Shown here: one piece after another, positions 24,084 through 36,500 of the stretch
How positions within the stretch are numbered: the stretch's first letter is position 1
Layout of the letters: each line of letters begins with the position of its first letter
DNA from: Thelocarpon superellum
Taxonomy: Eukaryota
Reading direction: 5' to 3'
DNA length: 47,707 bases
Assembly: GCA_026025795.1 (NCBI GenBank)
Contig: JAPEUG010000100.1
Location: forward strand, 1-47,707
Translations under genes and position numbers: made by a program
The notes under the pieces: model-generated
Told to the model about the DNA's origin: nothing
Database searches by the model: none
Seen by the model: only the letters and a program-made list of their open reading frames with translations

Positions 24084-25512
24084 GGCGACCTGGCAGGGGC
24101 CGATGAGGGAGGGTCAGGCGGTCACTGGAGGAGGATTGTCGACATTGCCTGGGCTCCTGGACGGCCGCACACGGAGGTCAGCGACCAGGTGCGCGCGAGA
24201 GGCATGCAGAGCACGCAGCAGACGCGCAGCAACCGCGGAGGATGGACAATGGCATGCTTTGGGGCTGCGAAACGGCAGGGGTGACGCGACTGGGCAGAAG
24301 GTGGATGGCGGGAGGCGGATGGCGTGTGACGAGCAGCACACCGCAAAGCCGGGGCGCGCGACTCGGCCACACGAGCGGCGAGCACACGAGGGGACAGGCA
24401 GTACAGCCACGAACGTACCTGGACGAGCAACGGGAGGGCGCCTGACTTCCTACCAGGAGGGTCGCGGCAGACGCGGCGTTGGCGACGTGGGTCGAGTAAC
24501 GGTGAAGGGAAGGGTCCTCCGTCAGTCGATCGGACGCAGCGTGGCCGGGGCGGGTGGCGGCAAGTAGTGCCGAGAGACCGATGCAAAATTGCGACCGCGG
24601 AAGGGCAGACGGCGACAGGAGCGAGAGCGAGAGCGAGGGCGAGAGCGAGGGCGAGAGCGAGTGGACTATTGCACTGGTGGTGGACTGGACTGGCCTGTCA
24701 GACTGGACGAACCCGTCGGGCTTGCCTGGCCTTGTCCCCACCCCGTCGTCGGGCCACGTCCTACGTCCGATTTCGATCGATCCACAGATGGATCCGCACT
24801 CGTGCCGCTCTAGGGCGAAGACGGACGGTCCCTGGAGATGGCTTGGTTCACGGCCGGCCCGTCAGTCAGCGATCGAGTAATAGTCTCCGGAGCGGCGTTG
24901 AGGAGAAAATGGCCTCGCCAGCCTTCGAATTTTCGCTGGACGGCAGCCCGTCGTGGCACGCTAAGGCCCTACCGGGAGACCGGAAACGTGAGCTGCGGAG
25001 CGTGACGGAGGGCCTCTTAACTGGAGGACGCCGGGCCTCTCCGTCAGGCGGCCTTTCGAGCACACTCAGCGTCGCCGAGCCTCTCTCGGATGAGGCATGA
25101 TTGCGCGCTCTGCGGTGGATGGAGTGAATGGTCTGGACAGCTCCTGATCCATGTGGTGAAGGGCATCTGGCTTCCAGGACTCGTACTTCGCACGAGCACA
25201 ATGGGTGCCGTCGAGGCCACATCACGTGATGGAGCATTCCCATCCATGAGACGACTGGAAGCGGAACGAGCGCGGCGGGAGGCTTCTCTGTGGTATGACT
25301 GCTGCTCGGCTGGGGGAAGCCCCACGGCCCTACGACCCCACGCCACCACGCCACTCATAACAGGCAACGTGCTGCTACGGGGCGTTGTACCGAAGTGCTC
25401 CAGGACTGCCCCTCCCCACCCTTCCCCGCCCTTTTCACCTCACACGACCCTCATCTTTTGCCTCCGCACCTCGCAAACGGTGGAATCGAAGCTGCCCTGA
25501 GAGTCTGCTACC

Positions 25513-27141
25513 ATGGCCGAAACGGCAGAAGTTGGTAGGTCGCAGTTCCACGTGCCCCACTCCCCGCGAGACCCAGGCGGTTGCACCAGGTCGACGGTGC
25601 AGCTGCACCGACAGACCATGCCATTCGCGTCGCTCTCCTCTCCCGATCCCCGCGGCGCGAGTCCCGGACGCTCTGACTGCTGTATCCGATGGCGCCATGG
25701 CTAACGAGCTGGTCGCGCGTGCAGACTACTCGCTCAACAACCCCGACACGCTGACGAAATACAAGACCGCGGCACAGATCGCGCAGCGGGTGCTGGAGAC
25801 GGTGACGGGCTGGTGCACGGAGGGGGAGAAGATCTTGACCATCTGCGAGCGGGGCGACAAGCTGCTGGAAGAGGAGACGGCCAAGGTGTACAAAGGGAAG
25901 AAGATCTCGAAGGGTATGTCTGGGTCCCGGCGGTGGAACGCGGGCGCGGGCGCAGGCGCGGTCTGATCTGACGCGCTACGCGGTCCTAGGCATCGCACAT
26001 CCCACCACCGTCTCGCCCTCGTCCTTTGTCACGCCCTACACCCCGCTCTCATCCGACGTGGAGGAGGCTGCGGTGACGCTGAAGGCCGGCGAGGCGATCA
26101 AGATCCAGCTGGGGGCGCAGATTGACGGCTTCGGCGCCATCGTGTGCGACACCCTCATCATCCCATCGGCCGAGAATGAGGGCGACAAGCTGCTGGCGCG
26201 GCAAGGGGATCTCCTGCAGGCGACCCACTGGGCCAATGAGTTGCTCCTGCGCTTGATGCTGCCGCCGGGCTTGGTGGTCGCGGACGGCGACGAGGGCCAG
26301 GCGGCCGCGGCCCCGCGCCGGGCCATCACGCAGTCACGCATGACGACGCTGCTCCAGAAGGTGGCGGAGGCGTACGGGTGCTCGCTAGTGGAGAGCACGA
26401 CGTGCTGGCAGTTTGAGCGCAACGAGATCGAGGGCAAGAAGAAGATCGTGCTGGCGCCGGGCGAAGGCGTCAAGGGCGAAGGCATCCCCGACGTTGGCGA
26501 GGTGTGGGGCGTCGAGGTGGGCATGAGCCTGGGCACGGGCAAAGTCAAGACGCTGCCGAACCGGGCGACGTTGCACCGGCGCACGACGACGACGTACGGG
26601 CTGAAGCGGCAGAGCTCGCGCCAGACGCTCTCGGAGATTGTGAAGAAGTTCGGCACCTTCCCCTTCAGCCTGCGCCAGCTCGACGACGAACGCGCGGCGA
26701 AGGTGGGCGTGGTGGAGTGCGTGCGCGGGAATGTGCTACGGCAGTACGAAGTGGTCGGCGACAAGGACGGCGAGCCGGTCGCGCGTGTCTTTAGCACCGT
26801 GGGTACGTGGGCTCCCTCCCTCTTTCCCTCGACGCGTGTCGACGGGACGTGGCAATGGTCACGTCGACTCTTCCTCCGCCCTGACACGACCGCTAACGCG
26901 CTCGGGCGGGGCAGCCATCACGAAGAACGGGCTCTCCCGATTCAGCGCACCACCGCCGCTCGACCCCACGCAGCTCAAGAGCCAGGGCAAGATCACGGAC
27001 GAGGAGGTTCTCAAGATCCTGGAGCAGCCGCTGACCAAGCCCAGCAGCAACAAGAGCAAGGGCAAGAGCAAGAGCAAGAAGAAGAAGTCCTCGTCCAAGA
27101 AGACGGCCAAGGATGAGGACTCCAGCGACGGCGACGAGTGA
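25513..27141 (+). CDS. cdb4: Curved DNA-binding protein Cdb4 / Ebp1 (PA2G4) homolog, non-catalytic M24 fold
   Basis: Exons 25513-25534, 25725-25913, 25990-26802, 26915-27141. DYSLNNPDTLTKYKTAAQI, KGIAHPTTVSP, KIQLGAQIDGF, KKFGTFPFSLRQL and a Lys-rich tail. Confidence 0.9.
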
Positions 27142-27412
27142 AGGGGGCCGGTGACGTGACGCGGTCGAGTCGTCGCCGGCGGGGATGGTGCGAGCCGCGA
27201 GGGAATGGCGAGCGAAAAAGGGTGGGAGGTCAAGCGAGCGTGCGCTTTACGGCGTGGACTGGCCCCTCTCTACGCCTGCACGGCTGTTTTGTTTGGTCAC
27301 GTACGGCCGCAGACGCATGTATAGCGGCGAGGAGACGGGCGCAGAAAAGGGGAGTGGCTCGTGGGGATCTGCCTAGATGCGGGGATGAGTGGTTCGACGG
27401 GCGGGATGCAGC

Positions 27413-27468
27413 CGACGCAGTGGATGCAGTCCAGACGGTGGATGCACTCCAGACGGTGGATGCACTCC
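27413..27468. repeat. 18-bp minisatellite (CCAGACGGTGGATGCACT), about 3 copies
   Basis: Two perfect copies (27431-27466) and one degenerate copy, downstream of cdb4. Confidence 0.85.
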
Positions 27469-28697
27469 TGGGCCCCGTGTGGACCGATCAGGCAGTAACG
27501 ATCCGTCTTCGCCACGCTCGGTGCGTGGTGCGTGGTGCTTGCTGCAGCGGCCGAGTGATGTGACCAAAGACCTCCCCTCCATTGTGTTGCTGGAGTCCAT
27601 GCGTGTGGTACTCGGACGTGAAGTGACACATCAGTCTCCCCAACGCTCCGACGCCACTGCGCCCAGGATCCCAGACTCCGTTGTTCGTAAATCCCAACGC
27701 GCATTCACTGGACCTCTCTGTCCTGCGTGTGGTCCTTGAGGGAGTGACTGGCCTAGCTTATTCGCACCCACTCCTACCCAGGCCTGCCCGGGCCCTTTCT
27801 CGAGTGGACCCCCCACACCCACCAGAACGTACACGACTCTCAACTCTCCTCTCTCCTCTTCCTCTCTCCTCTTCTATCTCCTCTCTATTGCATCCCAATC
27901 TGACGCACTTGGAACGTCTGAATCGCTCGTCTTCTTCTATTCCTTCTCTCCCGTGCATGCTCCGACTCTCAACCCTGCTCACGTTTTCCTCTCCGATTTT
28001 GTAAAGTGGACTAGGACAGAGTGCGCGGATTTGCTTGGGCTGGCGGCGCGCCATCTTCCTTGCGTGGTCTCCCCCTCTCTCGCTTCCTCACTCCCTGGCT
28101 CGCGTTCGCTGTGCTCGCTCCCCTCCGTTGTCCCCTGTGGTGGGTGGCTCTCGCTTGTGCTTCTGCTTGTGCTGGGGCTTGTGCCTAACTGCAAGTCAGG
28201 CTGGTCTCGTATTGGCTGCAGGCGACGGGCTACAGGCTACAGGCTACCGGCGACTCTGGGTCGTCGCTCGGCGAAATCCACCCACGCCACGGAGCCCCAG
28301 CGAAGCGGATCGGCCGCTTAACTTGGCCGCGGAACGTTGAGGTGCAGAAGGGCTCTGGCAACCTTCGCCGTCGCCGCGCCACGCGACGACCATCGCGAGC
28401 ACGCTGCTCGCTGATCGTTGCTGGCCGCATCCCACCGACCGGGCACGTCGCTCCAGCACGGGGGGAGTCTGGTAGGGGTCCTGGCCGCGTCCGCTGCCCT
28501 TGTCCCTTGTCCGCCGCCTTCCTCCACTCGGCTAACTCCCTCCTCCAGAATTCGCGTCTCTCCCGCTGTCTTGAGCCGCGCGATCCACCCGGATCGTTGA
28601 GGCCGGCCTTGCTGTTCTTGAACGAGGGCGAGGTCGAGTGCGAGTGCAAGTGCGAGTGCGAGCGTGTGTGTGGGCGCGTGTGTGCTCCGTGAACGAG

Positions 28698-31600
28698 ATG
28701 GCCTCTACCCGACCGACACGCAAGTCATCACGACGGTCGAGTCCCTTCACCCGGCATCCAAAGCGATCCGCCACGCCGCCCGACCCGCCCGACCCCGGCG
28801 AGCGCGAGCGTGGCGAGAAGAAGAACTTCTTCGACCAATGGATCGAGCCCCCCCTACGGCCGCCGGCCCCAAGCTTCGAGGACTACAAAGGCCTGGAGCG
28901 TCACGGCGTGCTCTCCCAGATGGCCCCCTTGGGCACCATGCCGCCGAACAAGGTCAAGGCCAAAGCCAAGCAAGATCTGCCCAAGCGCCTGGCGCCCATC
29001 AAGACCAGCATGGCCGCGAGCGCGGGCATCAAGAGCGGACCCGTCACCCCGGACCCGACGTCGGCCCTCGGACGGAAGCGATCGGAATCCAAGGCGTTGG
29101 AGGAACAGCTGCAGGCGCAGCAGCTTCCACCGCCCCCTCCCCCGGGCCCCGCGGCCCCGCGGACGCCGTCGGCGCGTAGTACGGTGCGAGAACCTACCTT
29201 GACGCTGTCGCAGCCGGCGCGGTCCTCCGCCAAGTCTTCTCCGGCTCAGGGCTCGTCATCACATGCCACGCCCAACTCGCGCGGCCAGATGGCCCGCGCC
29301 CAAATGAAGCTGGTCGTCGACGCGGCCGTGGAACGGGCGACGCAGGTAGGGCATCATCATCTCGGTGCGGCGGTGAAGAAGCTCTACGACGACAGCCTGA
29401 CGAACGGCGCCTTGGCCGACCTGTTGGATGCGGTGTTGGTGGAGCGGGCGACGCCCACGCAAAAGAAGGATTTCCAGCACTACATCAAGATGGCCCGGCG
29501 CTCGGCCAAGCTGGAGCGCTCCGGCGCCAGCAGTGGCACGCGACCCTCGGCGTCGGCGTCGGCGTCGGCGTCCGCGTCGTCGCATACCGGCCTCGACGCT
29601 CGCTCGACGTCGTATCCGTCGTCCAAATCACCGACGAAAAATCTTCACCTGACCCGGCCCAGTGCGGCGCGCGCCAAAGTGGACAAGCTAGGCAAGGTGG
29701 GCCCGGCGGCGGCGGAAGCGACCGAGCCGCAGGACAAGGACCCCAAGGAAGCCAAGAATTGGCGAGACTCCACCGGGCCTCGAAAGGAGAAACGGGCCAA
29801 GAGAGAGTCCGGGGCCCGGGCGACCGCGGCCGCATCCACATCCATCTCGAACCTGAGCAATGGCGTCATGACGCGAGGCAAGCACTCCCGCCGACGCTCG
29901 CGCAGCTCCTCCAGCTCGTCGGCCTTGTCCTCGATCGGGTCCCCGCTGGAGGCGTCGCGCCCGCCCTCGGCTGGTCTGGCGACCGGGGCGCCAATCAGCG
30001 GCTCCCGTGCCTCGACCGGGCTCGGTCCGAAACTCCACACCTTTTCTACCGCGCCTTCGCCCACTGCCGCCGCCCTGACGCCCACCGACCCCACGGCTGG
30101 GTCCAACATCAACAAGCGATCGTCCGCCGCGGCCGGGCTGGAGGTGGATGAGGCCGATCAGGCCTTCGCAGCCAAACGGCAAAAGTACACCAAGTCGTTT
30201 CCCGACGTCGTGGTCAAGGATAGCTCCGTCCGGGCCGCCCCGTCGCTCAAGTTGTCGCAGCCGCGTCCCGTCGTGGCCTCCAAAGCGACGTCGACGTCGA
30301 CCTCAAACTATCCCACGCGCCTGCGCAATGGCACCGTCAAGCGCCTGGCCGCCGCGGGCGATGAGGCGGAGGATCTGTCGTCGCCGGCGCCCTCCTCCAC
30401 CGGCGACCCACCCATGAGCGCCCTCTCGGCGCACCCGTCGCGGGCAGGCACCCCGCCGCCGCTGGGACGACCGTCGAAGAAGGCGAAGAAGACGGCTCGC
30501 GTCAAAGTCTCGTAAGTGCCCTGGATCGCGTGGGGCCGTTGCAGGAATCGGATCCACGCCTGGGGCCCCTGCTGGGGGCCTGTCGTGCGGTCGTCGACCT
30601 CGTTTCTAATGTGTCTCATCTCGTCTAGACCGATGAAGAAAAAGGCAGGCGTCATCGCCGGCATCGCACGGTCGGGAGCAGGACAGGATGGCCCGGTGGG
30701 GCATGCGGCCACGACGGAGCGTGGCGAGGTGAGCGGCGTGTCGTGGTGGGCTAGAGGCAACGACTGACGCCCTGCGCAGGATGACAACGAGGACTTCTGT
30801 TCGGCGTGCGGCGGCAACGGCGATCTTCTGTGCTGCGATGGATGCGACCGATCCTTTCACTTCACCTGCCTGGACCCGCCCATGGACAAGGACCAGCTGC
30901 CCGAGACGTGGTTTTGCTACGTGTGTGCGTCGTCGAGGAATCCGCAGTCCCGCTATCCGCGAGGGCTCTTTGCCGGATTGTTGGGCAATCTCGAGCGCAA
31001 GAATCCCGTGGCGTACACCCTGCCCATGGATATCCGCGAGTACTTTGAGGGGGTCAAGACGGGCGACGAGGGCGAGTACGAAGAGGCGGTGACGCAGAAG
31101 TCAAGGTTGGTCACGAGGCTCCGCTCGACGAGCGGCGGCGGCTGATGCGCCACAGGGCCCGCGCCGGATACGACGAGATCCCCGACTTCCTCAAGCTGAA
31201 GGACGCCAAGGGCAAGTATGTGCTGTGCTTCAAGTGCGGCAGATCGGCCCTCAACCATCAAGAGATCATCCCGTGCGACTACTGCAGTCTCCACTGGCAC
31301 CTGGATTGTCTCGATCCGCCCATGGCCAATCCGCCGCCGCGCGCCCCCAACGGGAAGCCGCGGTACAACTGGATGTGTCCGAATCACGTGGACCACGAAC
31401 TCCTGGCGCTGGACGCCACCACGCGCTCCTTCTCGCGCGTGGGCTCGTACAACGGGGGAATGCGGACGCACAAGGTGCGACGGCCGAAGAACGCCAAGAT
31501 CATGGACACGTCGCTACGTCGGGGATTCGTCAACAACGGCCTGATTGAGATTGAGAATGAGGCGAGCGAGGCCGAGGCCTTTGTGGACACGCCTCATTTT

Positions 31601-32569
31601 GGCACGGTCTATCGCCTCCCGGAGAAAGGGATCAAACTGGACTTTATCGACAAAGTGAAGCGGTGAGTGGAGACGATTGATGATGACGGAGGCAGGACGC
31701 GCTGATGGGGAGGATAGGTTGCGAGAGACCAGACGACGGGTGAATCAGTCTCGTTCGCAGTCGCATTCGCAGTCGCGTCATCCGGAGCATGAGCCGCGTC
31801 ATGATGCACTGGCCGCGTCACCGGTCCGGCGACCTCTGCAGGGGGTGACTGGCGGTGGCCATGCGCACGCGAAGGACTTTCACCGCCGATCATTGGCGGA
31901 TCAAAAGGCGGCCTTGAATCTGGCTCAGTTCGCTCAGGTGAACGACGATCTGAACCTGGGGGTGGACGAGGTGGAGAAGCTGGTGGATCTGTTAATCGTA
32001 AGTGAGATGGCGGGGGCGAGAGACTGATGGCTGATTGACGCATTCAGGCCGAAGCTCCACCAGCGGTCGTGAAGATGATCGACGGGCGGGCGGGGCTCGC
32101 CGTCGCGTCACCGGCTCGCCAAGAGGCGAAAGCGGCGGCAACGACGATGAGCCATCCGTCGAGCCGACCGCCGCCCTCTCCGCCATCGTCGGACTCGCGC
32201 GCGGATCAGATGGAGGCAGCGGGAGGCAACGCGACGCGGGCCCAGGCCCAAGCACAAGCACAAGCCACGACGCTGCCCATCACCGCCACGTCATCGTCGA
32301 CGTCTCATTCCTCCCAAACCTCAACGTCGACGAGTCTCTCGGACCGCGAGAAGGAGCGCCAGCGGGAGACGAAGGCGCTCTTGCGTCTTCAGGAGCTGGT
32401 CAGACGGCGCTTGTTGGTTGTCGAGGGCGCGGGCGCAGAAGGCGAGCTGGATGTTGACGGGGATGGCGAGGTCAAGGCCATGGATGTTGAGATTGTGGAT
32501 GTGGATGGGGATGTGCCGCCGGATGAGAGCGGAGCCGGGATGATGGACGGAGAGGAGCCTGAGGTCTGA
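28698..32569 (+). CDS. RCO1: Double PHD-finger protein, Rco1/Cph1-Cph2-like (Rpd3S/Clr6 HDAC complex)
   Basis: Exons 28698-30511, 30629-30728, 30780-31105, 31156-31662, 31718-31997, 32048-32569. PHD1 NEDFCSACGGNGDLLCCDGCDRSFHFTCLDPP...WFCYVC; PHD2 CFKC...CDYCSLHWHLDCLDPP...WMCPNH; GFVNNGLIEI and YRLPEKGIKLDFI motifs. Confidence 0.82.
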
Positions 32570-32889
32570 AGGCTGGAGGGCTGGACGAGGGCAGACTGAC
32601 GACGGGGATGACGAGGACGGATGAGTCGAAGACGACGAGGCATGAGTGGAACTGGAACTGGCTGGAACAGGAGGGGCACAGACCAGGAGAAACGGACGTT
32701 CACCTTGCCTCACCTCCTCTCACCATACCTCACCTTACTATCACCATACTCACTCTCACTATTCTTACGTTCGACTACATGTATTTGTAGAAGCAGATTC
32801 AGAAATGCATAGGGTGCTGACCATCACCATCACCACCACCCTCGTATCAGTATGCAGAGCGTCCTCCGCGTGATGTTGCATCTCGAGCG

Positions 32890-32937
32890 CAACGAGTACA
32901 ACGAGTACAACTAGTACAACTAGTACAACGAGTACAA
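32890..32937. repeat. 9-bp tandem repeat (CAACGAGTA/CAACTAGTA), about 5 copies
   Basis: Visible in the convergent intergenic region between the PHD gene and PDS5. Confidence 0.85.
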
Positions 32938-33231
32938 ATAGTCGTAGAACGGAGACCTCTATTGCTTTGCTCATCCACGTGTGGTAGACTGGATTCCCCC
33001 TGATATACAGGATTCCCGAGCTTGGGTTATACGGAGACGCCCCAAATATATGTACATTCCCTCTCGAGCATCTACTAGACGCTGTATAGAAGTGCTCCTC
33101 GGTACGTGTACAGCAATTTGAACATTTTTTGGTATATAGACAGGTGGATGGATGGATACACACACACATGCATACAGATGGAGGTTGTTACATATCGTAT
33201 GAATGTACGATGGTGCAGGGGGGAGGAGGAG

Positions 33232-33488
33232 TTACACGTCTTGCATCTCCTCATCTCCGTCTCCGTCTTCTTCTCCTTCTCCTCTCGCTTCGTCATCCTC
33301 CCCCTCCTCCTCATCCGCCAGCTCCTCGTCAGAAGAAGTAGTAGATACTTCGGCGTAACTGACGCCCTTCTTCTCCCCGACACGGCTGCTTTTTCGTCTT
33401 CCTTCTTGCCTCTTCGTCTTCTTCTTGCTCTTTTTCGTCTTCGCCTTTGTCTTTACCCCTCCCTCTCCATCTTCTCCATCTTCACCCT

Positions 33489-33519
<31 letters not shown>

Positions 33520-36500
33520 CTCCTCCTCCATGTCGTCATCCACATCATCGTCATCATCCTCATCGTCGTCGTCTCCTCTCCTCTTCCGACCCCGCTTCGT
33601 CGTCCCTTTAGGTGTGCGGACCGCCTTCGCCTTCCCAACTCCGTGTCCGTTCGACTGCACTCTTCGCTTCCGCTGCGTCTTGGTCGGACCGAGTGATGAC
33701 GTTGCTGCTTTGATCCTCTTGCTGCCCGCCCCGGTCCCCACCCCGGTGCTCGTCGTGGTCGTGGCCGCTTCGGATGCGTCGAGGGATTTCCTCTGCTGCG
33801 CGTCAGTCCCAGTCCCGAAGCACATGGCGTGCAGGACCCTACCTTCCGCTTTCGCACCTTCATCACCACCCCGTCTAATCGCTCCACCACCTCATCGCTC
33901 AGATACGACGTCGTCGCAATCTCCTGCGCCTTCTCGTGCGACGGCAACTTGGCGAAGAGCGCACCCGGGAGTCGCAGTTGCCCGGGCCACGCCTGCATGC
34001 TCCAGCCGTGCACGTCCGCGAAGCGACGAATGACGGCCTGGGCCAGGTCCGAGAGATAGTACAGGTGTGCCGACCGAGCCGGGTCGATGGCGTCGCTGGT
34101 CTGCTTGACGCGTTGCGCCACGTGGTAGATGAGCGACAGGTTCTCCTCCGTCGCCAGGCTCGAGAGGTAGAAGACCAGATAGCGCGCGAAATCCACCAGG
34201 TCGTCGTCCGCCGTGCTGAAGTCCGGGTGGTGCGCCAGCAGGCTCAGCAGGCGCGCAAACACCGACGTCTCCAGCACTGCCTGCTGCTGTTGCGCTTTCG
34301 GCTGCGACGCGAAGAATCGCGCCCGCGACCGGATCCACGTCGTGGTGGACCCCCGCAGCTCGTCGCGCGGCTCGTACGCCATCAGGAACACCATGGCGTA
34401 GAAGCGCGGCCCCAGCTTGCCCTGGCCCAGGTACTTCTTCAGCTTGTTGATGAAGCCCGCCCGCACCTGGTACTGTCCGTCCTGCGCCATGCACGCCAGT
34501 CGGTTGAAGTCGCGCGGGCCCACCAGGTCGTCGTACTGCTTCGTCGTGCAGAGCTTCAGCAGCAGCTGGCCCGCCATCAGCCGCAGCCGCGACCGATGCG
34601 CCGCTGGCGTCGCCGCGTGGCCCTTCTTCGACAGCTCGCCGTCCTTCGCCACCAGCGTGTTCAGCAGCTGCAGCACCGGCGGCGCGATCTCCTTCCCCTC
34701 CTCGCCCGGGTGCGATCGGAGCCGGTTGACCAGCAGTCGCAGCGCCCAGATCTTCGCCTTGCATTCGTCGTCCACCTCGTCGTCCGCCACCCACTCCCGC
34801 TCGGGCTCCGGCCCCTCGCCGCCCGTGGCGCGCACCTTCATCAGGATCTCGCGAATCGCAAGGTTGACGACCGCGTCTGCCTCCTCGTCCACCTCCTGCG
34901 GCGCCAGCAGCCACAGCTGCGACAGCGTGGCCAGCCGCGCCAGGAAATGGCCCTTGCCAAAGGCAAACTCCTTGACGCTCTTCGCGATCAAGTCCTTGGC
35001 GTACATCTCCTTGCGTTCCGCCGCTGCCATGATGATCGTCACGGCGTGTTTGGCCGCGGCGGGCGGAGTGCCGTACAGGGCAAAGTTGACCAAGGACTGC
35101 AGGAAGCGTCGGTCCTGTGGCATCTCCGTGGGAAAGCGACGCGCGAATCCCGCGCAGGCTTTCAACGTGTCCACCGTGCCCACCTCGTTGGACGCCGTGG
35201 CCGACGGCGCCTGTTCTTGCAGCAGCTGACACAGCTCCTTGACGTGCGCTTTGAACACCTCGGGGTTGCGCGCCGCGATCTCCTTGAGCATCTCGTGTGC
35301 CGTCCCGCCAAGCTCGTCCTCGTCCGTCTTGGAGAAGGTCACCGTCGCCGGCACATGGCTCTTGTTGTAGACCAGCAGGCTCGTGCGATAGAGGAGCGGT
35401 GTCAGCGTCTCCAACATCCCCGCCGGCGACCCCGGGGCGGACTCGATCCGCTTGGACAGCTCCTTGATCGCGTTGTGCACCGTCCGATAGTCACTGGCGG
35501 GATCCATGCAGAAGCGGACGAGCTGGTAGTTTCGTCGGTCGTGCATCGTGGCAAACTTCTTCAGATCCGCCGTCACTCGCGGCGTGTCGGGCAGCGTCCT
35601 GGCGAGATAGTCGATCAGCCGCGACAGATGCGCCGAGATCTCGGCCTCGTTGTCGTCCATCACCCCGCCGTTGTAGTCCTCGCACCGCTTCAGAAACATG
35701 TGCATGATCTTGGCCAGCTGCACCTGACGTGCTTGCATCGCAAAGAAGGCCTTTTTCGCCTTGGCATCCAGATCCTTGAGCAGGTGGAGGATCCGTGCCG
35801 TCCGGAGATGATCGGCGTCGACCGCATCGCGCGCCTTGCCCGTCTTCGCCTTGACCGGCGGGTAGTGGAGGGGGAGGAGGTAGTCGAAGAGGACGTGGTC
35901 AAGCAGGACGTTGATGTCGAGGTCGTTGACGTAGAATGTATCAAAGAGCTTGGAGGGGATGGAGGCGAGCGTGGTCTTGACGGCGTCGTTTCCCGCGGCG
36001 ATCTCGCCCGCGGCCACGCCCCAGATGCGGCCCAACGTGCGCATGCCCTCGACCCGCACGTGGTGTTTGCGGTCGCGCGCCCGCGCGGCCAGCGTGGCGA
36101 GGACGGAGCCGTCGCGGTCGACGCCCCCGACCGATCCCAGCTTGGTGACCAGCTCACCCAAGCCGAAGCCCGCCACGGCCTTGACCGCGGCCAGACGCAC
36201 GCGCTCGTCGGCGTCGCCCAGCTTGTTGGCAAAGTCCTTGAGGAGCATCTGCTCGTCCGTCGGGCTCAGGCCCGCGCCACCCGCCGAGGTGGCCAAGATC
36301 CGGCCCACGCCGGTGATCCAGGCCGACCGGATGATGGCGGATTTGTCGTTGCGCCGGTTGAGGAAGCTGGCGTACGCGGCTGGATGAGACTGCGGAAAGG
36401 GTTGCGGCGACGACGGCGTGGTCAGGATGTTCAGTGCCCGGCCGGTCTCGGGCGGCGCCGCCATGGTCGCCGCGGGATAGGCCGCGGGATTCATGGTCGG

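Noticed and set aside
27413..27468. CRISPR-like direct repeats
   Set aside because: Contiguous 18-mers without spacers in a eukaryotic genome; this is a minisatellite.
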